64,000 nt of DNA, from the NCBI GenBank assembly GCA_020058085.1, contig JAGVER010000007.1, positions 7,969 to 71,968 on the forward strand, read 5' to 3'. Numbering within the stretch: position 1 is the first letter of the stretch; each line of letters starts with the position of its first letter. Positions 27,091-35,729 of the stretch are shown here, piece after piece. The position numbers and the translations under genes were made by a program. The DNA is from Candidatus Omnitrophota bacterium (GTDB taxonomy: Bacteria; Omnitrophota; Gorgyraeia; Gygaellales; Profunditerraquicolaceae). The notes below the pieces were generated by a model. That model did no database searches, was not told the origin of the DNA, and saw nothing but the letters and a program-made list of their open reading frames with translations.

Positions 27091-27501
27091 GTGAATAGAA
27101 AAGGTTTTACGCTTATTGAGCTGGTAATGGTTATAGTTATTCTAGGCATCCTGTCAGCTGTTGCATTGCCTACATTCTTTAATTTGCAGGCAAATGCCAA
27201 ACAGTCAGCTGTTCAAGGAGCATTAGGTGGATTAAGAAGCGGTGTGGCTATTTGGTATGCCAAGAGCGCAACTAGTGGCACGGCAAGCTTTCCCGCAGCC
27301 ACTGATTTTACCGCAGCAACAAATGGCGTTATGACAAATGGTAGTGTTCCTCCTAACCCTTATGTTGCAGCTTCAACCGATGCTACAGTTATTGTAATAA
27401 CAGCTACATCAACCAGGGCTATTGCAGCTGCAGCAGGATGGGTTTATCATGCTGCTAGTGGTGCTATTTGGGGAGCGACAACAGATTCAAGCACCTATTA
27501 A
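27091..27501 (+). CDS. Major type IV pilin candidate
   Basis: GTG start after AAGGAGGAGAGG gives MNRKGFTLIELVMVIVILGILSAVALP; Ala/Thr/Ser-rich body; followed by a strong terminator. Confidence 0.8.
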   Translation: MNRKGFTLIELVMVIVILGILSAVALPTFFNLQANAKQSAVQGALGGLRSGVAIWYAKSATSGTASFPAATDFTAATNGVMTNGSVPPNPYVAASTDATVIVITATSTRAIAAAAGWVYHAASGAIWGATTDSSTY

Positions 27502-27526
27502 TTCGAAATCATACTTTAAAATAAAA

Positions 27527-27556
27527 AGCCCTGGCTAAAAGTCAGGGTTTTTTATT
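27527..27556 (+). terminator. Rho-independent terminator after the pilin gene
   Basis: agccctggc-taaaa-gtcagggt hairpin followed by tttttatt. Confidence 0.7.
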
Positions 27557-27567
27557 AATTAAGCCTT

Positions 27568-29913
27568 ATGAAATTAGTTAGAGTTATATTATCTATAGTT
27601 TCACTTGCAGCTCTAAACGTCTTTTATTTCTCTAATATTCTTTTCTCGAACCAAGTTTTTTCCTTTCGCGACCTTTCCCGCTATTATTATCCACTAAGAC
27701 TCTTCGCTTTTAATGAAATAAAAGAGGGTCGTTTTCCATTCTGGAATCCCTATATAAATTGCGGCCACCCGCTTTTTGCAGCGCTTCAGTCAGTAGTTTT
27801 GTATCCTTTTAGCGCTATCTATCTATTATTTAATTTTGATTTTGCTTTTAATCTATTTATTGTCTTGCATATTTTTCTCGGGGGAGTATTTTTCTACCTC
27901 CTAATGCGCGATTTAGCATTCAGGCATATATCCGCACTTATCTCGGGTATTGTATTTATGTTTTCAGGCTACTTGATTGCTGTGATAAATCTTACCACAA
28001 CTCTTGCTGCAGCAATCTGGTTTCCGTTAGTTTTTCTTTTCTTTAACCGCGCACTTAATCAAAGAAGATACTCAGGCAATCTTATTTTGGCCGGTATTTT
28101 CTTAGGGTTTATGTTTTTAGGCGGCGAGCCAACACCAATGTTTGCAACTTTGATGATTTTAGGTTTATATTCGATGATGCATGTATTTGTAAAGCGCGGC
28201 CAGATTCTAAAGACCGCCGGCATATTTATTGCTTTAGTAACCATTTTTATTCTATTATTTAGTTTTCAGATTTTTCCTTTTATTGAGTTTATCAGATTAT
28301 CCAGCCGTACTCAGACAGATTTTGAGATGGCCTCACACTGGTCTTTCCCGCCGCAAGATATTATAAATTTTATTATGCCGTTTTTTTATGGAACGCTTCA
28401 ATTCCAGGAGCAAACTCCCCTTCGTCAGGATTGGCTGCTTTTTTCCTACCTTGGGATTGTTTCGTTAATCTTGTTTTTATTTGCTTTTATTTTTAGGAAA
28501 GATAAATATTCGCTATTTTTCCGGTTTGTTTTCATCATAGGCCTTATTTTTATATATGGAAGATTTACTCCTATCTACCATCTGATTTACAAAATCATTC
28601 CGGGTTTTAATTTTATAAGATACCCAATCAAGTTTTTCTTTATAAACTCGGTAGCATTTTCGTTTCTTGTCGGCTGCGGTTGGCAGGAATATGCCGATAG
28701 AATTAAGGCGCAGGATAAGAGATTTATTGGTTTTATCAAGGGGTTATTTGTTTTGGCTTTTATTGCCGCCTTTATTTTTCTGCTGATTTATCAATTTAAA
28801 GATAAGATCTTCGTTTTAATTAATGACTACCTTAAAAGTGTGGACGAAACTCATAGAGGTAAATATTCTATAATTTTCTTTGTTAATTTATTTAATTTTA
28901 GAAGGTTGTTAGTATTTTTTATTCTTGGGGTACTTTTTCTCTTTTTGGGGGCAAGGGAGAAAATAAAGTTAGGCTTGGCTGGTTTTTTGACTTTAATGTT
29001 AATAATTATTGATTTAAGCGGCGGTAGGAATCTTGAGCTTAATCCAACTGTGGGTAGAGAAGTCTTACGTAAGCAGACCAAAAACATAGTTTTTCTAAAA
29101 GAGGATAAAACTCTTTTTAGGGTCTATACTTCCAAGAAAATGAATAAGGAAAATGAAGTTTTAAGAGGTGATGTTTATGAGCAGGCTTTTGAGAATTCCA
29201 TAGACCATCTTTGTCCAAACCGGCTTATGGAATTTAAAATTTATGATGCCAGGGGTTATGAGTCAGTGCACAATGAAAATTTTTCTAAGCTAAGTGCGCT
29301 TCCGGATACCGCACCGTTTCCCTCAAGCACTAATATCTTAAATATGCTTAATGTGAAATACATCTTAACACCTGAAGAGATAAGGGATTCTACCTGTAAG
29401 CTTAAGGTTAAGGGTTCAAGCAGCTATCTTTATGAGAATTTAAATTGTCTTTCGCGGGCGTATATCGTGCCGGAAGTTTTGATTATTAAAGATGAATTGG
29501 AAATTGCTAATAAGTTAAAAGATAAAAATTTCCTGCCTCAGAAACAAGTTATCCTTGAGGAGGAGCCCAAGGCTGTTTTGAGTCAGGATAAAGAGGTTGC
29601 GGGTAAAGAATCTATTCAAATTGTAACTTACAAGCCAAGCGAGGTAATTATTGAGGCGGTAATTTTAAATAAACCTAAGGTTTTGGTTCTGGCGGACATT
29701 TACTATCCCGGATGGGAGGCTCATGTTAATGGGAAGAAGACAACTATTTATAAAGCGAATTTTTGTTTGCGCGCAGTCTATCTGGCTCCTGGTAAGCACA
29801 GGGTAAGATTTTCATATAATCCTCTTTCCTTTAAAATAGGTTTAAGTATTAGTCTGGCTACTCTGGTCGTTTTACTTATTACTTTATTTGTGATAAAATA
29901 CAAAAATGAATAA
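27568..29913 (+). CDS. YfhO-like polytopic membrane protein (GT-C-type glycosyltransferase candidate)
   Basis: 781 aa: about 13 N-terminal TM helices, FWNPYINCGHPLFA motif, large soluble domain, final C-terminal TM. This is the YfhO family architecture as recalled. Confidence 0.55.
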   Translation: MKLVRVILSIVSLAALNVFYFSNILFSNQVFSFRDLSRYYYPLRLFAFNEIKEGRFPFWNPYINCGHPLFAALQSVVLYPFSAIYLLFNFDFAFNLFIVLHIFLGGVFFYLLMRDLAFRHISALISGIVFMFSGYLIAVINLTTTLAAAIWFPLVFLFFNRALNQRRYSGNLILAGIFLGFMFLGGEPTPMFATLMILGLYSMMHVFVKRGQILKTAGIFIALVTIFILLFSFQIFPFIEFIRLSSRTQTDFEMASHWSFPPQDIINFIMPFFYGTLQFQEQTPLRQDWLLFSYLGIVSLILFLFAFIFRKDKYSLFFRFVFIIGLIFIYGRFTPIYHLIYKIIPGFNFIRYPIKFFFINSVAFSFLVGCGWQEYADRIKAQDKRFIGFIKGLFVLAFIAAFIFLLIYQFKDKIFVLINDYLKSVDETHRGKYSIIFFVNLFNFRRLLVFFILGVLFLFLGAREKIKLGLAGFLTLMLIIIDLSGGRNLELNPTVGREVLRKQTKNIVFLKEDKTLFRVYTSKKMNKENEVLRGDVYEQAFENSIDHLCPNRLMEFKIYDARGYESVHNENFSKLSALPDTAPFPSSTNILNMLNVKYILTPEEIRDSTCKLKVKGSSSYLYENLNCLSRAYIVPEVLIIKDELEIANKLKDKNFLPQKQVILEEEPKAVLSQDKEVAGKESIQIVTYKPSEVIIEAVILNKPKVLVLADIYYPGWEAHVNGKKTTIYKANFCLRAVYLAPGKHRVRFSYNPLSFKIGLSISLATLVVLLITLFVIKYKNE

Positions 29914-30697
29914 AAAAGGTTTGGCACTTATTGCCGTAATCATTATTGTACTTTTTGTCTCGCTTGCGGTATTAGGCGTTACGGGTTTTATTGCTAACCG
30001 TTTTCTAGGCTTTGACGTGCAGCAGAGGCTTATGCGTTGTATTTATAATGCCCAGGCAGGCATTCAGTATGCAATATACCAATACAGGCAGAGCGGCACG
30101 CTCTATGCATCCGGGACAACAGTAGCAATTGACGCTAATAATGCTTTTAGGATCACCAGCTCAAGCAGCGGGACGCAGGCATCTGCGCTGGTTGTAAATG
30201 CCACAGCTTCAGCTCTTACCTCAAGTAGTAGGAACTTGACAGGTATTACTCTTCAAAATACTTCAGGCTCATCTATTACTATTGACTGCATGATTGTAAC
30301 CTGGTCCGGTTCTACAAGGACTATGCAGGATATAATAATTAATGGTGTAACTGTCTGGAACGTAGGTACATCAACTACCCCTGCCAATGTCGATATTACA
30401 AATACAGCTATTTCTGCAAGTTCTACTTTGCCTCTGACAAGAGTGCGCTGGAATAGCAGTATGGCTGGTAGGACGATTACTTTGCGATTTGTGATGCTCG
30501 ACGGTTCAACTACTTCTCTCTGCACGGTATTTCCGAGGCCAGCTTCTACTTGTACCACTGCCGGTAGCAGTACTCTAACAATTACCTCCATGGGCACAAC
30601 TACCGGTTCCTCTCTATATGATACAGTTCGGGCAACTTATAATACTACAACCGGAAATATTTCAACATATAGCGATATTCCGGCTTCAGTTCCTTAA
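29906..30697 (+). CDS. Ser/Thr-rich PilX-like membrane-anchored protein
   Basis: NKKGLALIAVIIIVLFVSLAVL N-terminus; body dominated by S/T/N runs; overlaps the YfhO-like gene by 8 nt. Confidence 0.5.
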   Translation: MNKKGLALIAVIIIVLFVSLAVLGVTGFIANRFLGFDVQQRLMRCIYNAQAGIQYAIYQYRQSGTLYASGTTVAIDANNAFRITSSSSGTQASALVVNATASALTSSSRNLTGITLQNTSGSSITIDCMIVTWSGSTRTMQDIIINGVTVWNVGTSTTPANVDITNTAISASSTLPLTRVRWNSSMAGRTITLRFVMLDGSTTSLCTVFPRPASTCTTAGSSTLTITSMGTTTGSSLYDTVRATYNTTTGNISTYSDIPASVP

Positions 30698-30700
30698 ACT

Positions 30701-31093
30701 ATGGATAAAAAGAGTAGGGCATTTACGTTAATTGAAACAATTATGGCGATTGTACTCTTAGGTATTATTGCAGTAACCATCGGCGTCTTTATAACCCAAC
30801 AGATGCAAGCAGTTGTCTGGTCTAAGCAATATGCCACTGCGCTTAATTTAGCCAGGCTTGAAATGGAGAGAGTTTACAATATTCCTGTTTATAATAATAT
30901 TACTAGTTTGACTACTAATAATTACGACTTATACGGGTTTGATCTTGTAAGAACCGTTTCTTACATTTTCGGTACGGATTTAACTGCCCAGGGCTTAAAG
31001 CAAGTGATTGTGGAGGTGCGCTTAAGCGGTAGCGCCACAAGCCTGGTAACTATAAAGACTTATATTGCTAGAGGTATGAGTATTGGCCTATGA
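30701..31093 (+). CDS. Prepilin-type minor pilin
   Basis: KSRAFTLIETIMAIVLLGI (Ala at -1). Confidence 0.7.
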   Translation: MDKKSRAFTLIETIMAIVLLGIIAVTIGVFITQQMQAVVWSKQYATALNLARLEMERVYNIPVYNNITSLTTNNYDLYGFDLVRTVSYIFGTDLTAQGLKQVIVEVRLSGSATSLVTIKTYIARGMSIGL

Positions 31094-31650
31094 AAAAGAA
31101 TAGGAGTTTTACTCTTATTGAATTGGTTATTACTATGCTTATAATCGGGATTCTGGCGGGAGTGGGATCTTCAATTATAGTCTCCGTAGTCCAAGACTTA
31201 ATGTATGCGCCTAAGAATTTGAATATGGATATGCTTGCGCAAGATGCAATGGAGAAGATTATTGGCGGAGATAGTAATCTGGCCCATGGGTTACGTTTTA
31301 GTAAGCAGATTACCGCCATCGCCGCAAATTCAATTACATTTATTGATCAAGATGGAAAAACTGTCGTGGTAACACTAAATACCGGCACGAATAAACTTAC
31401 GCGGACAATAAACGCCGTAGCAGACAATACATTTCTTTATTATTCTGCTCCGGCTGATATTGGTTTTTTCGTGGGTAGAAATGCCGCAGTTTTTCTTTAT
31501 TACGATTCAGCAGGCAGTGTAACAGCAATTGCGGCAAATGTAAGAAGAGTGGGGGTTAATTTTATAGCCCGTACTGGAACGGGTAATTTTTCGGATTGGC
31601 AGGGTAAGGCCGAAATAAGTTCGTCAATAAGAACTTCTAAATTCCAATAA
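31090..31650 (+). CDS. Prepilin-type minor pilin
   Basis: KNRSFTLIELVITMLIIGILAG (Ser at -1). Confidence 0.7.
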   Translation: MKKNRSFTLIELVITMLIIGILAGVGSSIIVSVVQDLMYAPKNLNMDMLAQDAMEKIIGGDSNLAHGLRFSKQITAIAANSITFIDQDGKTVVVTLNTGTNKLTRTINAVADNTFLYYSAPADIGFFVGRNAAVFLYYDSAGSVTAIAANVRRVGVNFIARTGTGNFSDWQGKAEISSSIRTSKFQ

Positions 31651-31677
31651 ATTAATTTTTGTGGTATAATATTGACA

Positions 31678-33252
31678 ATGTTAAATTTAAGCAAAATTAT
31701 AAGTTATTTCGCTAGGCAAGAAAACTCAATTTTGATTGTTGATCTTAGCTCAGGGTTAAAATTGCTTAATATCGATATTAAGCCAGAAGCAAAGATCACT
31801 TTTTTTAAGTCTTTTACCCTCCAAGGTAAGAACAAGGGCGAAGAAGTTGTTAATGCTATTAAATTCTTTATCCAAGAACAAAATATCCAGTCTAAAAACG
31901 CAATTTTAAATCCTCCCCTTGACTCTTTGATTATGAAACGCTTGCAACTTCCGGCAATGCCCTATATTGAGCTAGCCGATGCAATAAAATGGCAGCTTAA
32001 GGATGATTTAGGCGCGGATTATGCCAGCGCAACATTAGATTTCTCGATAATTAAGGAATTCACTAAGCCTGACGGGGCTAAGGCCTTAGATATTGCCTGT
32101 GTTGCCGCTAAATATAATGAAATTAAAGAACGGGTATTATGTTTGAAGCAGGCCGGGCTTAATTGCCTAGCGGCAATTCCCACTATATTCGGCTATGGGA
32201 AAATAATCACAAAATATCTCCAAGAATACAAAGCTAAGCCTGTGGCGGTTATTCATTTGGGGGAAGCAGAGTCTTTTATTGGCGTATTCAAAGATAGCAA
32301 GCTGGAATTCTTCAGGGAATTGCCGGTAGCAATTAATAAGTTCAGGGAAGCACTAAGCGGAACGCTGGCGACTAACCGGGGCATGATCAATCTTACAAAA
32401 GAAGATATAGATAGTATATTGTTTGAATATGGGATATCATTTTCTGATAGCCCATTTTATAAAGATAAGATTGCTGTAAGCGAAGTTTTGGGAATGTTGC
32501 GTTCTTCTTCTGAAAAGCTTGTCCAGGAGACAAAGCGCTCGCTGATTTATTATACTTCGCAGCTTCAGGGGGAGGAGATTAGCAGTATATATATATCCGG
32601 GTTGGGTGCAAAAATACCCAATGTCGATAAATTCCTGACTAAAGAATCCGGTCTGAATATTCAAAAGATCCCTGTTGATTATCCCGAAGAATGTATCGGC
32701 AATATTGGTTTGAGTTTAGGCTATGAGCATAATATTAATCTTTTGCCCCATGAATTCCGCACAGAGAAGTTCGAAAAACTGCAGAAGCTATCTTTGCGCT
32801 GGTTTGGTTTTATTGCCTTTTTATTATTGGTAGTTTTCTATATTTTTACTAGTATAAGAATAGGGTTGTATCAGAAGCGTTTGAGTAATGGCTCTGTGCA
32901 GCTAAATATCCTTTCAGAGGTCAGGCAGATAAAAACGCAGCGGGATACTTTAAGCGATTTTATCATCCAGACCAGAAAGAGCGATTTAGCTCTGCCGCTT
33001 TTCTTAAGGAAATTAAGCGCTATAGTTATGCCGGAGGTAATCCTTAATAATTTATCTCTGCAGCTCGATGCAAAAACAGGGTTAATCGATGGTTCAATAA
33101 GCTCTATGGCTAAGGACTCGCAGGATATCTTATCAAAATTTGTGCAAGCCTTAGAAGCTACTGGTTATATTGCTGATGCGACTGTAGTTTCAATGACTAA
33201 GGGGCAGGATAATCTTGCTACTAATTTTAACATAACTTTAAAACTAGAATGA
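31678..33252 (+). CDS. PilM::PilN fusion (actin-like ATPase fused to the inner-membrane alignment protein)
   Basis: About 350-aa PilM-like N-terminal part, then the PilN signature NINLLPHEFR, a TM helix (WFGFIAFLLLVVFYIF) and a periplasmic domain. Confidence 0.7.
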   Translation: MLNLSKIISYFARQENSILIVDLSSGLKLLNIDIKPEAKITFFKSFTLQGKNKGEEVVNAIKFFIQEQNIQSKNAILNPPLDSLIMKRLQLPAMPYIELADAIKWQLKDDLGADYASATLDFSIIKEFTKPDGAKALDIACVAAKYNEIKERVLCLKQAGLNCLAAIPTIFGYGKIITKYLQEYKAKPVAVIHLGEAESFIGVFKDSKLEFFRELPVAINKFREALSGTLATNRGMINLTKEDIDSILFEYGISFSDSPFYKDKIAVSEVLGMLRSSSEKLVQETKRSLIYYTSQLQGEEISSIYISGLGAKIPNVDKFLTKESGLNIQKIPVDYPEECIGNIGLSLGYEHNINLLPHEFRTEKFEKLQKLSLRWFGFIAFLLLVVFYIFTSIRIGLYQKRLSNGSVQLNILSEVRQIKTQRDTLSDFIIQTRKSDLALPLFLRKLSAIVMPEVILNNLSLQLDAKTGLIDGSISSMAKDSQDILSKFVQALEATGYIADATVVSMTKGQDNLATNFNITLKLE

Positions 33253-33842
33253 AATTGAAGCTTAAAGATATTCCTGGTTTAGTGCGTAATTTAACTAAAG
33301 AACAGCGTAAGATTATTTATATCGCGCTGATTGTCTTCGCTTTCTTTTTCCTATTGTGGGTTACTATTTACGTACCACAGAGTGAGAAACTAGTAATTAT
33401 TAAGGCAAATATAGCTGATACGGAGAGACAGATTGAGCAGATTATGAGTGTTGCCAGGGGTAGGGATTTGGCTAACGTAGCAAAAGAGCTTAAGATTAGC
33501 AGCGATAAGATTATTAGTAAATTCCCCGTTGGAGAAGATATCGTTGTAGCTAAATTAACTGACGCTGCGGAAAACACCGCTAAATTGATGGTTAATGATA
33601 TCACTCCTGCAACAAGGCAGTCTTTGCTAGGTAAGATTCCGGGATTTGAGCTGGATGAGCTTTTGCTTAATATGAGTATTACAGGTGAATATAAAGGTAT
33701 TGTTGAGTTTTTAAGGATGCTTCTGGGAGATTTTCCTGTTTTCCTGAGAATAAAAGAGCTTAGTATCTCCGGAAAGGGAGAAGGCAAGAGCCAGTTAGAT
33801 TGCGATATCCAGTTATCAGCATATTTAATAAAGAAAAGATAA
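33249..33842 (+). CDS. PilO-like pilus alignment protein
   Basis: N-terminal TM plus coiled-coil and a C-terminal alpha/beta domain; positioned after pilMN. Confidence 0.55.
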   Translation: MKLKLKDIPGLVRNLTKEQRKIIYIALIVFAFFFLLWVTIYVPQSEKLVIIKANIADTERQIEQIMSVARGRDLANVAKELKISSDKIISKFPVGEDIVVAKLTDAAENTAKLMVNDITPATRQSLLGKIPGFELDELLLNMSITGEYKGIVEFLRMLLGDFPVFLRIKELSISGKGEGKSQLDCDIQLSAYLIKKR

Positions 33843-33844
33843 AG

Positions 33845-34276
33845 ATGGATAAGAAACGCTTAGAGATAATCATAACTTCTGTTTTAGTCTTGTTGCTTAT
33901 TATTACTTGGGTAAATAGTATAAAAACTGTGAAGAAAAAGTTGTCTCTTAATAAGTCTATTCTTAATGCAGCTAGTGAGGCGAAGCCTTCGCCTACTATT
34001 CCTTTGCCTGGTATAGTTAATAATAAGGATGTTAGTTGGGTTCGGGATCCCTTTTCCGGTAAGCTTTATGGGAGTACGCGTAAAAATCCCGAAGATCCCC
34101 ATTCTTTAAGTTTAGCAGGGATAATCTGGGATAAAGAAAAGCCATTGGTTTTAATCAACAATAAAGTGGCTGGCGTAGGAGATTACGTGAGTGGGAATAT
34201 CGTTGTCAGCATAAAAAATGACCGGGTTATTTTAAACGACGGTGTTAATGATTTTGAAATCAGAATAGGCCGGTAA
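33845..34276 (+). CDS. PilP/GspC-like protein
   Basis: Signal-anchor, RDPF motif, LSLAGIIWDKEKPLVLINNKVAGVGDYV beta-domain pattern; ATG 33845 preferred. Confidence 0.5.
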   Translation: MDKKRLEIIITSVLVLLLIITWVNSIKTVKKKLSLNKSILNAASEAKPSPTIPLPGIVNNKDVSWVRDPFSGKLYGSTRKNPEDPHSLSLAGIIWDKEKPLVLINNKVAGVGDYVSGNIVVSIKNDRVILNDGVNDFEIRIGR

Positions 34277-34342
34277 GCGCATTCTTAGTCACTACTTTTC
34301 CTAAATCCCAAAATATAAATTAAATATAAAAGGGAAAATTGA

Positions 34343-34723
34343 ATGAAGCTGAAGATTTATTATCATCATACTGATTGCGGGGGAGTGGTTTATTACGCTA
34401 ATTACCTTAATTTCTTGGAAGAAGCGCGCACCGAATTTTTTGTGCAGCGCGGTTTCTCGATAAAAGAGCTTGCTGATAACGGGACAATGTTTGTGGTAAG
34501 TCGTCAGGAGGTTGACTATAAGGTGCCTGTTTTTTACGGTGATGAACTTGAGATTATTACAACTGTTGGAGAAATCTCTGCGGTAAAAATAGTTTTTGAG
34601 AATGAAATCCGCAATCAAAAAGGGCAGGTAACTACTAAGGCAAAAACTATCCTAGTCTGCGTGGATAAAAATTTAAAGCCTAAGGCTATCCCCAGTGAAA
34701 TCCGCAGCAAGTTTTCCCAATAA
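34343..34723 (+). CDS. Acyl-CoA thioesterase, YbgC/4HBT family
   Basis: IYYHHTDCGGVVYYANYLNFLEEARTEFF matches the hotdog-fold YbgC signature. Confidence 0.8.
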   Translation: MKLKIYYHHTDCGGVVYYANYLNFLEEARTEFFVQRGFSIKELADNGTMFVVSRQEVDYKVPVFYGDELEIITTVGEISAVKIVFENEIRNQKGQVTTKAKTILVCVDKNLKPKAIPSEIRSKFSQ

Positions 34724-34730
34724 AAAACAA

Positions 34731-34824
34731 GGGGACGGTTCTATTTTTTGTTTCCATATTGTAGGTGGGGTTTAAACCCCACCTACTGGCATAGTAGATC
34801 AAGCAGAAAAATAGAACCGTCCCC
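34731..34824. repeat. Palindromic repeat family F2, copy 1
   Basis: 18-bp arms ggggacggttctattttt / aaaaatagaaccgtcccc enclose a perfect 26-nt palindrome gtaggtggggtttaaaccccacctac (34761-34786). Confidence 0.7.
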
Positions 34825-34848
34825 AAGATTTTAAGGAGGTAAATAATT

Positions 34849-35349
34849 ATGGACGCCATAGATGTTTTAAGAAAGAGAAGAAGCGTGCGGATATTTCAAG
34901 ATAAGCCGGTTGCGAAGGCAGATTTAGAGGCTATAGTGGATGTGGCGAGGTTTGCGCCTACAGCGAGAAATGTGCAGCCGTGGGAATTTGTGGTTATTAC
35001 CAATAGCAAGGTTTTAACTGAAATCTCTAAACTGGCGGAGAATGGTAGGTTTATCTCCGGATCTAAGGCTTGTATTGCTGTTTTTTGTGCTGATACAAAA
35101 TATTATCTTGAAGATGGATGTGCTGCTACGGTGAATATTTTAAATGCCGCAGCTGCGCTAAGTATAGGTTCATGTTGGGTGGCCGGGGATAAGAAGGATT
35201 ATTGTCATGAAGTAGCGCGGTTATTAGGCGCTCCTCTGGATCATAAGCTTGTAAGTTTAATTGCTTTAGGCTATCCGCAGGATAAAAATAGTTTCAAGCT
35301 CGTCGAGAAAAGGCCGCTTGGAGAGTTGATACATTGGGAGATTTTCTAG
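34849..35349 (+). CDS. Nitroreductase family protein
   Basis: RRSVRIFQDKPV start motif and APTARNVQPWEF. Confidence 0.8.
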   Translation: MDAIDVLRKRRSVRIFQDKPVAKADLEAIVDVARFAPTARNVQPWEFVVITNSKVLTEISKLAENGRFISGSKACIAVFCADTKYYLEDGCAATVNILNAAAALSIGSCWVAGDKKDYCHEVARLLGAPLDHKLVSLIALGYPQDKNSFKLVEKRPLGELIHWEIF

Positions 35350-35586
35350 ATGGCCATATTTTATAATAGCGGATGTCTGTTGCCTTTCTTAATAATATTT
35401 AATCTTTTTTTTGGCAGACTGTTTTTTAATTTTCGCACTTGGTTAGTCGTAGGGGGAGTATTAATTATCCTTTTTTTGGTTAATTCCTATATATTTAGTA
35501 GGCGTATAATAAAAAGTGTGAGAAGAAAAGATAATGTTATTGATGTAGAAGGAGAAGTTGTCAAAGATAGAGAGAAGATAAAATAG
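35350..35586 (+). CDS. Small membrane protein
   Basis: 78 aa, two TM segments, basic/acidic tail; ATG abuts the upstream stop. Confidence 0.4.
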   Translation: MAIFYNSGCLLPFLIIFNLFFGRLFFNFRTWLVVGGVLIILFLVNSYIFSRRIIKSVRRKDNVIDVEGEVVKDREKIK

Positions 35587-35587
35587 A

Positions 35588-35615
35588 TTGACAAAATAAA
35601 GCTTAGTGTTAGTAT
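35588..35615 (+). promoter_or_regulatory. Sigma70-type promoter candidate for hppA
   Basis: TTGACA (35588-35593), 16-nt spacer, TAGTAT. Confidence 0.45.
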
Positions 35616-35635
35616 ACCTCCAATTTAGAAAACAA

Positions 35636-35692
35636 GGGGACGGTTCTATTTTTTAATTCTCTAAGAATAGCAAGAAAAACAGAACCGTCCCC
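35636..35692. repeat. Palindromic repeat family F2, copy 2 (in the hppA leader)
   Basis: ggggacggttctattttt / aaaaacagaaccgtcccc (one mismatch relative to copy 1); shares flanks aacaa- and -aagatt with copy 1. Confidence 0.7.
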
Positions 35693-35729
35693 AAGATTCT
35701 CAAGATTTAAGAAAGGAAGGGTTTTAAAA

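Noticed and set aside
34715-34745. preQ1-I-like tail (AAAAAACAAGG) at the left edge of palindrome F2
   Set aside because: There is no suitable 5-bp P1 hairpin upstream (that sequence is the thioesterase coding end), and the downstream genes are unrelated to queuosine. The resemblance is limited to an A-rich run.
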